Of a stretch of DNA of 64,000 bases, positions 37,101 to 48,738 are shown piece after piece; position 1 is the first letter of the stretch, and every line of letters starts with the position of its first letter. Origin of the DNA: Camelus ferus. Taxonomy: Eukaryota. The DNA lies in contig NC_045712.1 of the NCBI RefSeq assembly GCF_009834535.1, positions 25,358,001-25,422,000 of the forward strand. Direction: 5' to 3'. Under the pieces are notes generated by a model that was not told the origin of the DNA, made no database searches, and worked only from the letters and a program-made list of their open reading frames with translations. The translations under genes were made by a program, and so were the position numbers.

Positions 37101-38670
37101 CCCTAGGAGTTGGATAGAAACACTGTGTCCAGCTCTGGAGCTAGGAGTGGGAGGCCAGGGCCTGGGGCCATGATCTGTTCTGCCCCCGACCCTACCTACA
37201 CAGATCATCTAGGGAGATGTCTAGCCCTGTGTTCTGAGAGCACTTTATGCGCTATCTAACTTACTGAGGGTCTTGTGGAGGTGGTGGCAGATAGAGCTAG
37301 GCCTGACTTCTTATCAAGGTATGACTGTCTTTCCTCCTGTGGGTGGTGGATCAGTTGGGCTTCCAGCCCCACACAGAGCCCAGGACGTGGTAAGGTGCCT
37401 GAGAGCACACCATTCCAATGGTGAACATTCCAATGGCATTGGCTTGGCTCTGAGTGGAAGCCACAAGTTTGGAATGTGGTCCAACCTCTCCTGCCTCCAC
37501 CACTCCGGTGGCTGTGGCTGTCCAGCTGTTCACATATCTGCCCTTGGGGTGGGGATTACTGAGGTGCCTTGCCCATCATGCTACCATGCCACACAGTTGC
37601 TCCCAAAGGGGCATATGCTGACCTGGTCCACCTGCCTCTTGTGTCTCACTCACATGCCTCTTGCTTTCATGTCTCGCTCTTGCAGTTCTCCTGTTCATGA
37701 TGTTTTCAAGAAGATCCCCAAAGGCTCTAAGAAGGTAAGGCTTCTTAGAAGAAGCTCAGGCAGTCACCCTGCAACCCTTGCCAGGACTGAGTGTAAAGCT
37801 GGACTCCTGAGAGATCAGGGTCTTGCCAGAGCCCTCTCACTCCTGGCTGAGGACTGAAGCACTTTGGAGCCACCCTGGGAACCCTACTCACTGTCCTTCC
37901 TGCCTCCTGGTGAGGCATCAGAGATCCTGATCCTGTTCCATCCACCATCACTACCTGCCCTCCTCCTTGCTGCTGTCCAGTTCATGAAGCTTGGTTCTGG
38001 GGTCTCCTGCAGGAGTCCCAGCTCTCACTGGGTGGCCAGCGCTGTCTGGGAGAGCCTGATGAGGAGCTGGCTGGTGCCTTTCCTGTCTTCATCCGGAATG
38101 CTGTCCTGGGCCAGAAACAGCCCAAGAGGGCCAGGGCGGAGCCCTGTCGCAGCACAGATGCAGTGAGTGTGGCTTCCTACAATTTGGCAAGTGCCAACCT
38201 TCTCAGGGGTGGGACTGGGTGGCCAGCCCCCTAGCCCATTACCCTGGCCCACTCACCTCTTCCTTCTGCTTTAGGTAAGGACAGGCTTTGATGGGCTTGG
38301 AGGCCGGACAAAATTCATCCAGCCTGTATCCTTGTTCTGTGGCACTGGGCCGGGCTGAGCTTTGATGCCCACACCATCCCTCACCTGTACCCCCAGATCC
38401 CAGCCTGCCAGAGGCTGCAGCGCCAGATATGCAGAGCCAGTCCTTGCTCAGTGTAGCAGGGTTGCCCACCCCCAAGTCTGAACCTTTCCTGCCCTGCATT
38501 CCAATCCTGTCTTTAAGCCTATTCCTTGACATTTTCTTCAGACTGACACTACTCTGATCCGCCCATTGCCCATTAAGCCCAAGCCCAAGGCCAGGGCTAA
38601 GCAGAGAGTGGGCACCAAGACAGTACTCTCTCCCTTCCAGGCCAAGTTGGACACCTTCCTGTGGCAGTGA
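15799..38670 (+). CDS. TRAIP: E3 ubiquitin ligase TRAIP (RING-H2, coiled coil, C-terminal PIP box), 472 aa
   Basis: 15 exons: 15799-15896, 20120-20177, 20706-20789, 22806-22845, 23447-23574, 24811-24905, 25407-25520, 26387-26474, 27086-27175, 27580-27668, 35737-35892, 37686-37734, 38013-38162, 38275-38325, 38542-38670. Translates [49 protein letters not shown]...[11 protein letters not shown]. Phases all consistent. Confidence 0.98.
16596..16981 (-). pseudogene. SNRPG: Processed pseudogene of SNRPG (Sm protein G) in TRAIP intron 1
   Basis: Minus strand 16963->16739 reads (L)[71 protein letters not shown], closely matching SmG. It is intronless, has ATG>CTG, two in-frame stops and a SNRPG-like 3' UTR with AATAAA, and is flanked by CCATTTTA(A/G)C duplications. 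Confidence 0.93.
18833..19265 (+). mobile_element. Solo ERV1-type LTR (~430 bp)
   Basis: TG...CA termini (TGAGAGACTG...GGTCAGTAACA) and ATTAAA at 19234-19239 near the 3' end. It splits an otherwise continuous L1 segment. The 3' end resembles artiodactyl ERV1 LTRs as I recall them. No clean TSD. Confidence 0.7.
23630..23790 (+). mobile_element. MIR SINE fragment
   Basis: Degraded MIR core (cagttgtaaaatggaggcaaatcccatc). Boundaries approximate. Confidence 0.45.
25630..25795 (+). mobile_element. MIR SINE
   Basis: tttcttaacctctctgatcctcagcttcctgaa...tgcctcacaggattattgaaagaattaa matches the MIR core. Confidence 0.75.
26056..26144 (-). mobile_element. tRNA-Ala-derived camelid SINE (Vic-1 type)
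   Basis: Reverse complement reads AGCTCAATGGTAGAGCGCATGCTTAGCATGCATGAGGTCCTCAGTGCAATCCCCAGTACC plus an A tail. TSD CCTGTA(C/G)ACCC at 26045-26055 and 26145-26155. Confidence 0.9.
28038..28054 (+). promoter_or_regulatory. Candidate CTCF site (forward)
   Basis: TGCCAGCAGAGGGAGCC compared with consensus CCASYAGRKGGCRS. Confidence 0.5.
28356..28437. repeat. 41-bp direct tandem duplication (2 copies, 1 mismatch)
   Basis: TGATCCATGCTTCCACCCCTCCTATCTGTTCAGCCCTG(A/G)GC occurs twice, starting at 28356 and 28397. Confidence 0.95.
28955..29083 (-). mobile_element. Vic-1-type SINE
   Basis: Reverse-complement tRNA head (GGGGGTATAGCTCAGTGGTGGAGTGCG...GGATTCAACTCCCAGTGCC) with a poly-T tail. TSD TAATTCCTCA at 28945-28954 and 29084-29093. 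Confidence 0.88.
29680..30700 (-). mobile_element. Fragmented LINE-2 pieces (approx. 29680-29770 and 30340-30700)
   Basis: ctttattgagtgcttgctgcataccaggcc and gaagagcagtccaggcagagagaatggcaagtgcaaaggccctgaggcagg are antisense L2 motifs. Confidence 0.7.
31400..32070 (-). mobile_element. LINE-1 3' fragment
   Basis: ggcattaagtatattcatattgttgtgcaaccatcacc...ggtttatttcacttagcgtac. Confidence 0.8.
34170..35210 (-). mobile_element. LINE-1 3'/ORF2 fragment with N-run 34390-34644
   Basis: Minus-strand translation gives L1 ORF2 C-terminal text ([38 protein letters not shown]). Confidence 0.88.
38326..38541 (+). other. TRAIP: U12-type (minor spliceosome) GT-AG intron, the last intron of TRAIP
   Basis: 5' splice site GTATCCTTG. 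Branch site TTCCTTGAC at 38522-38530, with the branch A 12 nt before the end of the 3' AG. No long polypyrimidine tract. Confidence 0.92.
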
Positions 38671-39168
38671 GAACAGTGAGTCTGATCAGTGTCCAGATAT
38701 ATGTCTCTGACTTGTAGGCTGAGGACTGGTAACTAGCTCAGCACAGGGTTTGCGGGGCACAGCCCCTCTTCCAGGACCTGCCCTGAGGACGAGGATAAAC
38801 AAGAAGATGGGAGTGAAGTTGAGGTCCAGAAACTGCTTTTCCTGCACACGCCCTGCCCCACTCCCTATCACACTGGGCCTACCTATGGGAGTGGATGTGA
38901 TCACCTCACTGTTCCTGCCAGCAGGGCTTGCTCCATGTTCCAGGCTCCCATTTATAGCCATGATCAGAGGTGGCTGGGCTGTTTCTGGCCCTCCAGACCA
39001 GGGTCTTTTGTCGACTCTAGGGACCAAAGTGCTTGAGGCTTCTCAGGCAGCTTCAGCCTGCCCAAGCTTCTGCCTGCCTCTGACTTGCTGCTCGGCATGG
39101 CCTGGGCCAAGCAGGGCAGGGAATAGGGGATGGTGGTGGGGAGAGGATGGGGAAAGATTTCTATGTAA

Positions 39169-39174
39169 AATAAA
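39169..39174 (+). terminator. TRAIP: TRAIP poly(A) signal
   Basis: AATAAA ~500 nt after the stop codon. Confidence 0.75.
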
Positions 39175-39859
39175 AAAGATAGAATCTTTTATTCCTGGCT
39201 CTGGAAGTATAAATTTGCACTCACTTTGGAGGACTGTCTGGCATGATTTTCTAAAGTGAGACCTTCACCTAGACTCAGACCCAGCAGTTCCACCCTCAGG
39301 GATTGCCTCCCATGGGGCACAGAGAGACTCTAGCAAGAATGAGGTCACTGCAGTACTTTGTCCACAGTCTCTAACCCGGGCACAGCTCAAGGGCCATAAG
39401 CAGGAAAGCAAATGGGTAAACTAGGATCTAGACCCAGTGAACTCACAGCAAGCACAACAAATGACCGGTGACACCCCTCCTCTTCTCCACCTCCCAACTC
39501 TGCCATCCAGATTGCTAGCTTTTGTGTCTTAGCTTCAAGGGCACTCTCCTAGAAGACTTCCCTTTTGACTCCTAGCTTGGGTGAGGCCCCCTAACTTCCC
39601 TCTCTCACTACTAGATGGGAGTTCACCTGTTTCTGCAGGGCCCAACATAGACCTGGCACAGGGAGAGAGGGCATATTTCAGGCTGAGAGTACCCAGCTGC
39701 TGTCCGCATGTTTGGAGGAGCTTGGGGCTTCTTGAAGAGGGAGTGACACTCTTGTTGATAGGAGCTGGACCCCTCTGGTGCTGCCTTGAGCCAAGAATGG
39801 TTAGTGAGGAGAAGTGCAGCATGAAGTTAAAGGTGCAGTGGCTGGCTAAAGTACCCTCC

Positions 39860-39985
39860 GTACTGGCTGAATGATCTTAGGCAAATTACCTAGACTTTCT
39901 GTGTTTCAGCTTCTTTTTCTGTATAGTGGGGACAATAGCACCAACCTCTCACTTGTGGGGACCTAATGAGTCAGTATTATGGGTT
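39860..39985 (+). mobile_element. MIR SINE
   Basis: gatcttaggcaaattacctagactttctgtgtttcagcttctttttctgtatagtggggacaatagca. Confidence 0.7.
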
Positions 39986-40020
39986 AAGAATTTGGGAAAA
40001 AAACAGAATTTGGGACAGCC

Positions 40021-40184
40021 AGGCAAAGGGTATTTTTCAGTGATAGATAGTGACCTAGCATGCACAAGGTCATGGGTTTGATCCCTAGTACGTCAATTAA
40101 ATAAAAAATAACAATAATAAATAAATAAACCTAATTATCTCCTCCCCCACCCCAAATTTAAAAAGATTAAAAATTTAAAAAAAA
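40021..40184 (+). mobile_element. Vic-1-type SINE (diverged)
   Basis: Degraded tRNA head (CTAGCATGCACAAGGTCATGGGTTTGATCCCTAGTAC), an A-rich middle and an A tail. TSD AGAATTTGGGA(C/T)AGC on both sides. Confidence 0.85.
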
Positions 40185-40368
40185 GAATTTGGGATAGCTA
40201 AGTGAAATAAGTCAGACACAAAGTACTGTATGATTCCACCCAGAGGAGGTATCTAGAATGGGCAAATTCATAAATACAGAAGTAGAATAGAGGTTATCAG
40301 CGTCTAGAGTAGGGCAAAATGAGAAGTTATTGCTTAATGGTTACAGAGTTTCTGTTTGGGGTGATTTA

Positions 40369-40482
40369 GGAATATCTTTCTATTTAAAAAAAATTATTTT
40401 TTAATGGCGGTCCTAGGGATTGAAACCAGGACCTCGTGCATGCTAAGCATGCACCCCACCACTTGAGCTTTACCCTCCCCCT
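40369..40482 (-). mobile_element. Vic-1-type SINE inserted in an L1 3' fragment
   Basis: Reverse-complement tRNA-Ala head. 16-bp TSD TGTTTGGGGTGATTTA at 40353-40368 and 40483-40498. Confidence 0.9.
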
Positions 40483-40989
40483 TGTTTGGGGTGATTTAAA
40501 AGTTTTGGAAATACACAGTGATAATGGTTACCAAAAAAAATTTAGGGCAGACCTAGATATATTGAACTTGGAAAGAGCAATTGTAATCAACTATTTCACA
40601 GAACCAGGGAACCTGATCAGACAACAAGGAAAGTATTGGATGAAGGAAGAGCCTGTACTTGAACCAGCCACCATCCCCCATTCCTCAGCCCCATCACGGT
40701 TATGGGGATAGCAGTTATGGGGATAGTGGCTCCAGTTTCTAAGCTGACTGGTGCCAGGGTGGACAGTAGGGACCTTGCCCTCCAAAAAATTGAGGTTGTA
40801 TGGTTTGGTGGGTCTGGTGGTAATCTGAAATGCTTATCTTGGTTTCAGCCCTCTGGGCTGCAATGGCTTGCCTGGTGGCAGCATCGATCAGAAAATTTAA
40901 AGGTCGAGTGCAGAGCCCAGTGACTTTTAAAATTTTTTTAAACTTTTTTTTTATATAAAGTCTTTGTCAGGTCATTAGCTGTCTGCAGA

Positions 40990-43900
40990 GATAATGGAAC
41001 AGAAACTTAAGTGACCGTACACAAGGAACACACACTTGACAAAAATAGTTTGGAAAAGTCACAAATTGGCAGCTTTAGCCCTCAAGAAGCAAAATTTAGC
41101 AATCCCTGAGGAGTGGGAGAACTAATTCCCAGAGTTACCACAACATAATACTTAGAATATCCAGTTCTCAACAAAAAATTACAAATTACAGCAAAAAATT
41201 ATAAAGTATGGACCTTTCACAGAAAAAAAAATTGACTGAAAATATTACAGATTGTAGAACTGGAAAGTATAATAACTGAAAGATTCACCAGAGTCACAAA
41301 AGGCAATTGCTTTCTTATAGATCAGCAAAAATAATTAAAATTAAAAATACAATACCATTTATATTAGCACCAAAAAGAAGAAAAAAAAAAGAAAACAAAT
41401 ATTTAAGTATAAATCTAATGAAATATGTACCAAGATCTCTGTGAGGAAAACTATACAACTCTGATGAAAGAAATCAAAGATATAAATGGAGAGATATTCC
41501 ACGTACATGGTAGGAAGACACAATATTGTCAAGACAGCAGTTCTTCCCAACTTGATCTGTAGATTCAACAAAATCCCAGTAAAAATCCCAGCAAGTTATT
41601 TTGTTGATGTTGAAAAGTTTGTTGATTTGAAAGTTTATAAGGAAAAGCAAAAGACCAATAACTAACACAATATTGGNNNNNNNNNNNNNNNNNNNNNNNN
41701 NNNNNNNNNNNNNNNNNNNNNNNNNNNNNNNNNNNNNNNNNNNNNNNNNNNNNNNNNNNNNNNNNNNNNNNNNNNNNNNNNNNNNNNNNNNNNNNNNNNN
41801 NNNNNNNNNNNNNNNNNNNNNNNNNNNNNNNNNNNNNNNNNNNNNNNNNNNNNNNNNNNNNNNNNNNNNNNNNNNNNNNNNNNNNNNNNNNNNNNNNNNN
41901 NNNNNNNNNNNNNNNNNNNCTAGGCACGGTTCTTAAGCCTTCACAAAAGTAATTAACTCAAAATGGATCATGGAGCAAAATGTGAAACACGAAACTGTAA
42001 AATTCCTAGAAGATAACATAGGAGAAAATCTAGGTGACCTTGTGTTTGATGATGAGACAATGTTGAAAGCATGCTCCATGAAAGAAAAATATATAATTTG
42101 GAGTTCATTAAAATTTAAAACTTCTGCTCTTGAAAGACTTTTAAGAGAATGAAAAGACAAGCCACAGATTGGGAGAAAAATCTTTGCAAAAACATTTGAT
42201 AAAGGGCTGGTATCCAAACTATACAAAAAATTCTTGCAACTTAATAAGAAAACCACCAAATTTAAAAAATGGACAAAAGGTCTGAACACACACCTCCCTA
42301 NNNNNNNNNNNNNNNNNNNNNNNNNNNNNNNNNNNNNNNNNNNNNNNNNNNNNNNNNNNNNNNNNNNNNNNNNNNNNNNNNNNNNNNNNNNNNNNNNNNN
42401 NNNNNNNNNNNNNNNNNNNNNNNNNNNNNNNNNNNNNNNNNNNNNNGCTAGCAAAGATGTGCAACAACAGCAACTCTGATTCATTGCTGGTAGGATGGTG
42501 AAATTGTATACTATGTCAGTTTCTTACAAAGCTGAACATAGTTTTATCAGAGCTGAGTAATTGTGCTCCTATATATTAACCCAAATGAGTTTAAAACTTA
42601 TGTCCACACAAAGATCTGCACATGGATGTCTATAACTTTATTCATAATTGCTAAAAAATTAGGAGCAACCATGATGTCCCTCATTAGGGAAAACTATGTG
42701 TGTGAGGTGTGAGGGAGCATATAGAAACTATTCATATGGCTCTGACATGGGGATTGGGAGCAGTAGTGGTTTATGAGAAAAGTAAAAATTCAGTGAGACT
42801 GAAACTTACCAGCCTCTTCATCAAGCTCTCCCCTGGATACTGAAAGTGTTGTACCATACTCCAAATTCCCAAAATAGTTGCTTCAGACGGTTTCAGCTAG
42901 TTTTGGAGGAGCAGATTCCTGGAGCTTTCTATTTTGCCATCTTCTCATGACTCAAATAGCACTCCCTTAAACAATCAATGGGTCAAAGAAGAAATCACAA
43001 GGGACATTAGAAAATACCTTGAGATGACTGAAAATGAAACACAATATATTAAAACTTATGGGATACAGCAAAAGCGTACTGATGAAAATTTATAGCTATA
43101 AACACCTATGTTAAAAAAGAAGAAAGCTCTAAAATCAATAACCCCACTGTATACCTTAAGGAACTGGGGAAAAAAAAGCAAACTAAAGCAAAAGCTAGCA
43201 GAAGGAAGGCTATAAGAAAGATAAGAATAAATATAAATAAAATAGAGATAGAAAAATGTCATATTGTGATTTATATTAAGAAATATATATTTGGCCTTCG
43301 TTCTGGCACAGAGCTCCTAAAACCCTTGTCTTTTGTTATGTTAATGAGATGACTTTTGGAAAGCATCTAAGGATGGGGGCTGGTTGACTGTGGAGTCAAC
43401 CTGTGATTAGAGGATTGGAATTTTCAGTCCCACTGAAAGTCTCCTTCCATCCTGGGAGAACAGAGAGACTGGAGATTGAGTTCAATCATCAATGGCCAAT
43501 TATTTAATCAACTGTGCCTATGTAGTGAAGCCTTCTAGAAGAACCCAAGAGGATGGGGTTCAGAGAGCTTCCAGGCTGGTGAACACATGGAGATTCAGGG
43601 AAACTGGCATGTCCAGAGACAGCACGCAAGCTCCGTGCCCCTTCTTACATACCTTGCCCTATGCATCTCTTCTATCTGGTTGTTCCTAAGTTATATCCTT
43701 TTATAATAAACCAGTAATCTAGTAAGTGAAATATTTTCCTGAGTTCTGTAAGATGTTCTAGCAAATGAAATAAACCCAAAGAGAAGGTTGTGGGAACCCC
43801 CAGTCTATAGACAGCCAGAAGCACAGGTGACAACCTGGACTTGCAATTGGCATCTGAAATGGTGGGGAGGAGGGCAGTCTTATAGGACTGATCCCTTAAC

Positions 43901-46900
43901 CTATGGAATCTGATGCTATCTCCAGGTAGATAGTGTCAGAATTCAGCTGAATTGTAGGACACCCAGCTGGTATTGGAGAATTGCTTGGTGGTGTGTAATA
44001 AATACACCCATTAAAATTGGTGTCAGAATCGTAAACAAAAAATACAGAAAGTCAACAAAATCAAAAGCTGATTCTTTATATGTATGTATATTCATGACTG
44101 GGACATTGTGCTATAGACCAGAAATTGATAGATTGTAATTGGCTGTACTTCAANNNNNNNNNNNNNNNNNNNNNNNNNNNNNNNNNNNNNNNNNNNNNNN
44201 NNNNNNNNNNNNNNNNNNNNNNNNNNNNNNNNNNNNNNNNNNNNNNNNNNNNNNNNNNNNNNNNNNNNNNNNNNNNNNNNNNNNNNNNNNNNNNNNNNNN
44301 NNNNNNNNNNNNNNNNNNNNNNTTTACACCATCAAATTGGATAACCCAATTGAAATAGACAAATTTCTAGAAACCCATAAATTAACAAAACTGCCTCAAG
44401 AAGAAATACAAAATCTAAATAGGTGTATAACTAGTAAGGGGATGGAATCAATATTCAAAAAACTCCCAAGAAAGAAAAGCCCAGGATCAGGTCGCTTCAC
44501 TGGTGATTCTACCAAATATTTGAAAAAGAACCAACACCAAAAAGATAGTATCCACATCGTGAAAAGACAACCCACAGAACGGGAGAAAATATTTGCAAAT
44601 CATGTATCTGATAAGGGGTAATATCCAGGATATAAAACTCATCAACAAAAAACCAAATAACCCAATCCAAAAATAGAAAGGGATTTGAATAGANNNNNNN
44701 NNNNNNNNNNNNNNNNNNNNNNNNNNNNNNNNNNNNNNNNNNNNNNNNNNNNNNNNNNNNNNNNNNNNNNNNNNNNNNNNNNNNNNNNNNNNNNNNNNNN
44801 NNNNNNNNNNNNNNNNNNNNNNNNNNNNNNNNNNNNNNNNNNNNNNNNNNNNNNNNNNNNNNNNAGAAAAATTGAAACTCTTGTGCACTGTTGGTGGGAA
44901 TGTAAAATAGTGCAGCCACTGTGGAAAAGAGTATGGTACAGTATTTCCTCAAAAAATAAAAATTACCATATGACCCAGCAATTCCACTCTGGGTATATGC
45001 CCAGAAGAATTGGAAGCAGGATCTCAAAGAGGTATTTGTACATCAATGTCCACACTACTATTCATAGCACTACTCATAGTTCATAGCACTGTTATTCACA
45101 ATAGCTAAAACATGGAAACAAACCAAGTACGGTACCATGGGATATTACTCAGCCTGAATGAATAAGTAAATAAATTTTTTTATTTGTATGAAATGGATAA
45201 GCAAAATGTAGTACATACATACCATGGAATATTACTTGACCTTAAAAAGGAAGGAAATTCTGCAGTATGCTAAAACATTGATGAAACTTGAAGGCATTAT
45301 ACTAAGTGAAATAAGCCAGTCACAAAAAGACAAATACTGTATGATTCAACTTGAGGGACTTAGAGTAGTCAAAATCATAGAGACAAAGTCTCTAAAAAGA
45401 AATAAATCCTCATCTATATAGTCAGTTGATTTTTGACAAGTATGACAAAACAATTCAACGAGGAAAGAGTCTTTTCAACTGAATAACTATAAGCAAAAGA
45501 ATGAAGTCAGACCCTTACCTTATGCCATATACAAAAACTAACTCAGTGGATCAAAGACCTAAACTTATAAGCTAAAACTATAAAACTCTTAAAAGAAGAC
45601 AGGAGAACCTCTTCATGACCTTGGATTTGAAAATGATTTCTTGGATATGAAAACAAAAGCACAGATAACAAGAAAAAATGGGCAAATCGGATTTGATCAA
45701 AATTAAAATTTTTTNNNNNNNNNNNNNNNNNNNNNNNNNNNNNNNNNNNNNNNNNNNNNNNNNNNNNNNNNNNNNNNNNNNNNNNNNNNNNNNNNNNNNN
45801 NNNNNNNNNNNNNNNNNNNNNNNNNNNNNNNNNNNNNNNNNNNNNNNNNNNNNNNNNNNNNNACTAATTAAAGAACTTTGATAGACGTTTCTCCAGAGAA
45901 ACTGTTCAACTGGCCAATGAGCACATGAAAAGTGTTCAACATCATTAGTCATTAGAGAAATGCAAACAAATTACAATGAGATACCACTTCATACCGACTA
46001 GGATGGCAGTTATCGAAAAGATGGAAAACAAGAAATGTGGCAAGGATGTGAAAAAATTGGAACCCTGTGTATTTTTGGTGGGAATGTAAAATGGTGCAGC
46101 CACTGTGGAAAACAGTTTGGTGGTTTCTTAAAAAGCTTAACATAAAAATATCATATGGTCCAGCAATTCCACTCCTAGATACGTATGTAAAAGAATTGAA
46201 ATCAGTGACTCTAACAGATATTTATACACCGATGTTCATATCAGCATTATTCACAATAGTCAAAAGGTGGAAGGAACCCAAGAGTCCATCAACAGATGCA
46301 TGTATAAACAAAATGTGGTCTATAATACAATGGAGTATTATTCAGCCTTTAAAAATTTTCAGAAATATACTGCAACATAGATTGAAGACATTAAGGTAAG
46401 TAAAATAATCCAGGCACAAAAGGACAAATAGTGTGTGATTTCACTTATATGAGATACCTAGAGTAGTCAAATTCATAGAGACAGAAAGTTTGGTTGTTGC
46501 AAAGGGTGGGTAAGGAGAAAACAGGACGTATTGTTTAATGGGTTGAGAGTTTCAGTTTGAAGAGACGAAGTTCTGGAGATGAATGGTGGTGATGGTTGCA
46601 CAATAATGTGAATATCTTTAATGCTACTGAACTGTACATTTTTTAATGTTCAAATGGTAAATTTCATCTTATGTATATTTTACCACTATATAAAAAAGAA
46701 CCAAAATTCTGATACATGCTACAACGTAGATGAATGTTGAAAAGGTATACTAAGTGGAAAAAAAAACCGGATAGATACCAAAGGACAATATTTTGTGATT
46801 CCACCTATATTAGGTATCTAGAATAGGAAAAGTCATAGCGGCAGAAACTATAATAGAATCTCCCAGGAAACAGTGGATCAAAGATTAGAGAGTTACTCTT

Positions 46901-47910
46901 CAATGGGTACAGAGTTTCTCTCTGGGGTAAAGAAAAAGTTCTGGAATTAAATAGTGGTGATGGTTACACAACATTGTGAATGTACTTAATGCCACTGAAT
47001 TGTACATTTTAAAATGGTTAAAACCACAATTTTTAAAAATACATCTCTATTTTAATGAAAGCTTAAAAAAAATCAGGAATGGATGTTGAATTTCATCATA
47101 TATCTTTTGGTGTCTATGAAAGATACCACTTACTTCAGAATCTGGCCCTGGTTTCTGTACTTAGTACATGTGACACATCCAAAAAATATTTATTGAATGG
47201 AAAAAAAACCCACAATAACCTATCATTTCACACCCACTAGAATGGGTATAATTTGGAAAAAAAAAAAAAAAACAGCTTGGCCATGGTGTGGAGAAATAGG
47301 AACTTCCGTACATTGCTGGTGGAAAACAGTTTGTTAGTCCTTCAAAAAATTAAACATAGAATTGCCATATGACCCAACAATTCTACTTCTAGGTATATAC
47401 CCTAAAGAACTGAAAACAGGTACTCAAATACTTGTTCTNNNNNNNNNNNNNNNNNNNNNNNNNNNNNNNNNNNNNNNNNNNNNNNNNNNNNNNNNNNNNN
47501 NNNNNNNNNNNNNNNNNNNNNNNNNNNNNNNNNNNNNNNNNNNNNNNNNNNNNNNNNNNNNNNNNNNNNNNNNNNNNNNNNNNNNCAATTGGGGTGAACC
47601 TCAAAAAAATTAAGTGAAAATAAAGAACAGATACCAAAGGTCATATTTTGTATTAATTCCTTTTATATGAAATATCCAGAATAGGCAAATCGCTACAGAC
47701 AGAACTGTATCTAAGTGTTTGCCAGGGTGATGGGGTTGGGAATGAGTAGTGATTATTTAATGTGGTCAAGGTGTTCTTCAGTGGGTGATGAATAAGTTTT
47801 GAAGCTGGAGAGAGATGATAGTTGCACAATATTGTAAGTACACTAAACGCCACTGAATTGTATACTTAAAATGGTTATTTTAATGTATGAATTTTATTTC
47901 AATTTTTTAA
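40990..47910 (+). mobile_element. Cluster of nested sense-strand LINE-1 fragments between TRAIP and UBA7
   Basis: ORF2-like translations (IDKFLETHKLTKLPQEEIQNLNRCITSKGMESIFKKLPRKKSPG; WWECKMVQPLWKTVWWFLKKLNIKISYGPAIPLL), several stacked L1 3' ends and six N-runs. A camelid-type L1 terminus lies at ~44078-44153. Confidence 0.9.
43257..44030 (+). mobile_element. MER21-family LTR (MER21C-like) inserted in L1 ORF2
   Basis: Starts TGTCATATTGTGATTTATATTAAGAAATATATATTTGGCC...GGCACAGAGCTCCTAAAACCCTTG and ends ...TTGGTGTCAGAA, like the MER21 consensus I recall. The L1 ORF2 sequence resumes on both sides. Confidence 0.8.
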
Positions 47911-48738
47911 AAAAGAATTTAGGATAGCACCTGGTTTGGCTATTGTGGAGTTTTGTGGGGAGCTGGCGCCAAGTTCCCAAGAAAGCAGAAGGAGACATCT
48001 GTAGGTGAAGGGTACATAGGACCTCTCTGTACTATTTTTGAACTTCAAGTCTATATTTCAAAAGAAAAGTTTAAATTTAAAATAAGGTCACATGTGATCA
48101 TGGCTGCCCCATGCCTCACACTCTCAGATCTGGCACCCAGATACTGACCACCCTCTTGGAATCCTGGGACTCATCGGTGAGAGACCCTGATTGGCCACCT
48201 AGGGCTGTCAGCTGTCCTGATCTTGCAGCTGTGAGCAGAGGGGACTCCCTGAGAGTTCCTGAGGAGATGGCTCAGGGTTAGGCAAGCACTCCCAAAGGTG
48301 TTAGGCTCCATCCCAGGTCTGTAGTTTAGGTCCTGGAAGTGGGACAACTTAATCCCATAAGTTCTCACAGCCTCTGGGATGGGACTGGCTCTGTCTTCTA
48401 GGGTCTCTAAGTCTCTGAGTGTGGGCAGGCAGCCAAGCAAGTCATCAGGACAAGGGAGTTCCCACCAGCACTCTGTGGGTGAGAAGCCCATTCAGGCAGG
48501 AGCTCCTGAGGGTGATCGGGGGCCGAGGTTTGGGATGTCTAGGGAGCTACAGGAGACTACAAGGATCCCTCCCACGGCTCTGCCCCCTTTCTCAAGAGAG
48601 ATACCTGCTCTCACACGGGCAGAACAGAACCAGGAACTCTGTCCCACCTTGCCAGTGCCCTAGGGCTGCCAGAACTCATTTTTGCCAGGCTGTCTGTGCA
48701 GGACAGGCTGGAGGCGGGACCAAGAACCAGCTCAGTCT

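Noticed and set aside
41677-47585. Long X-filled ORFs across N-runs (also at 17760-17975 and 34390-34644)
   Set aside because: Artefacts of unknown bases inside L1 remnants; no intact L1 ORF can be supported.
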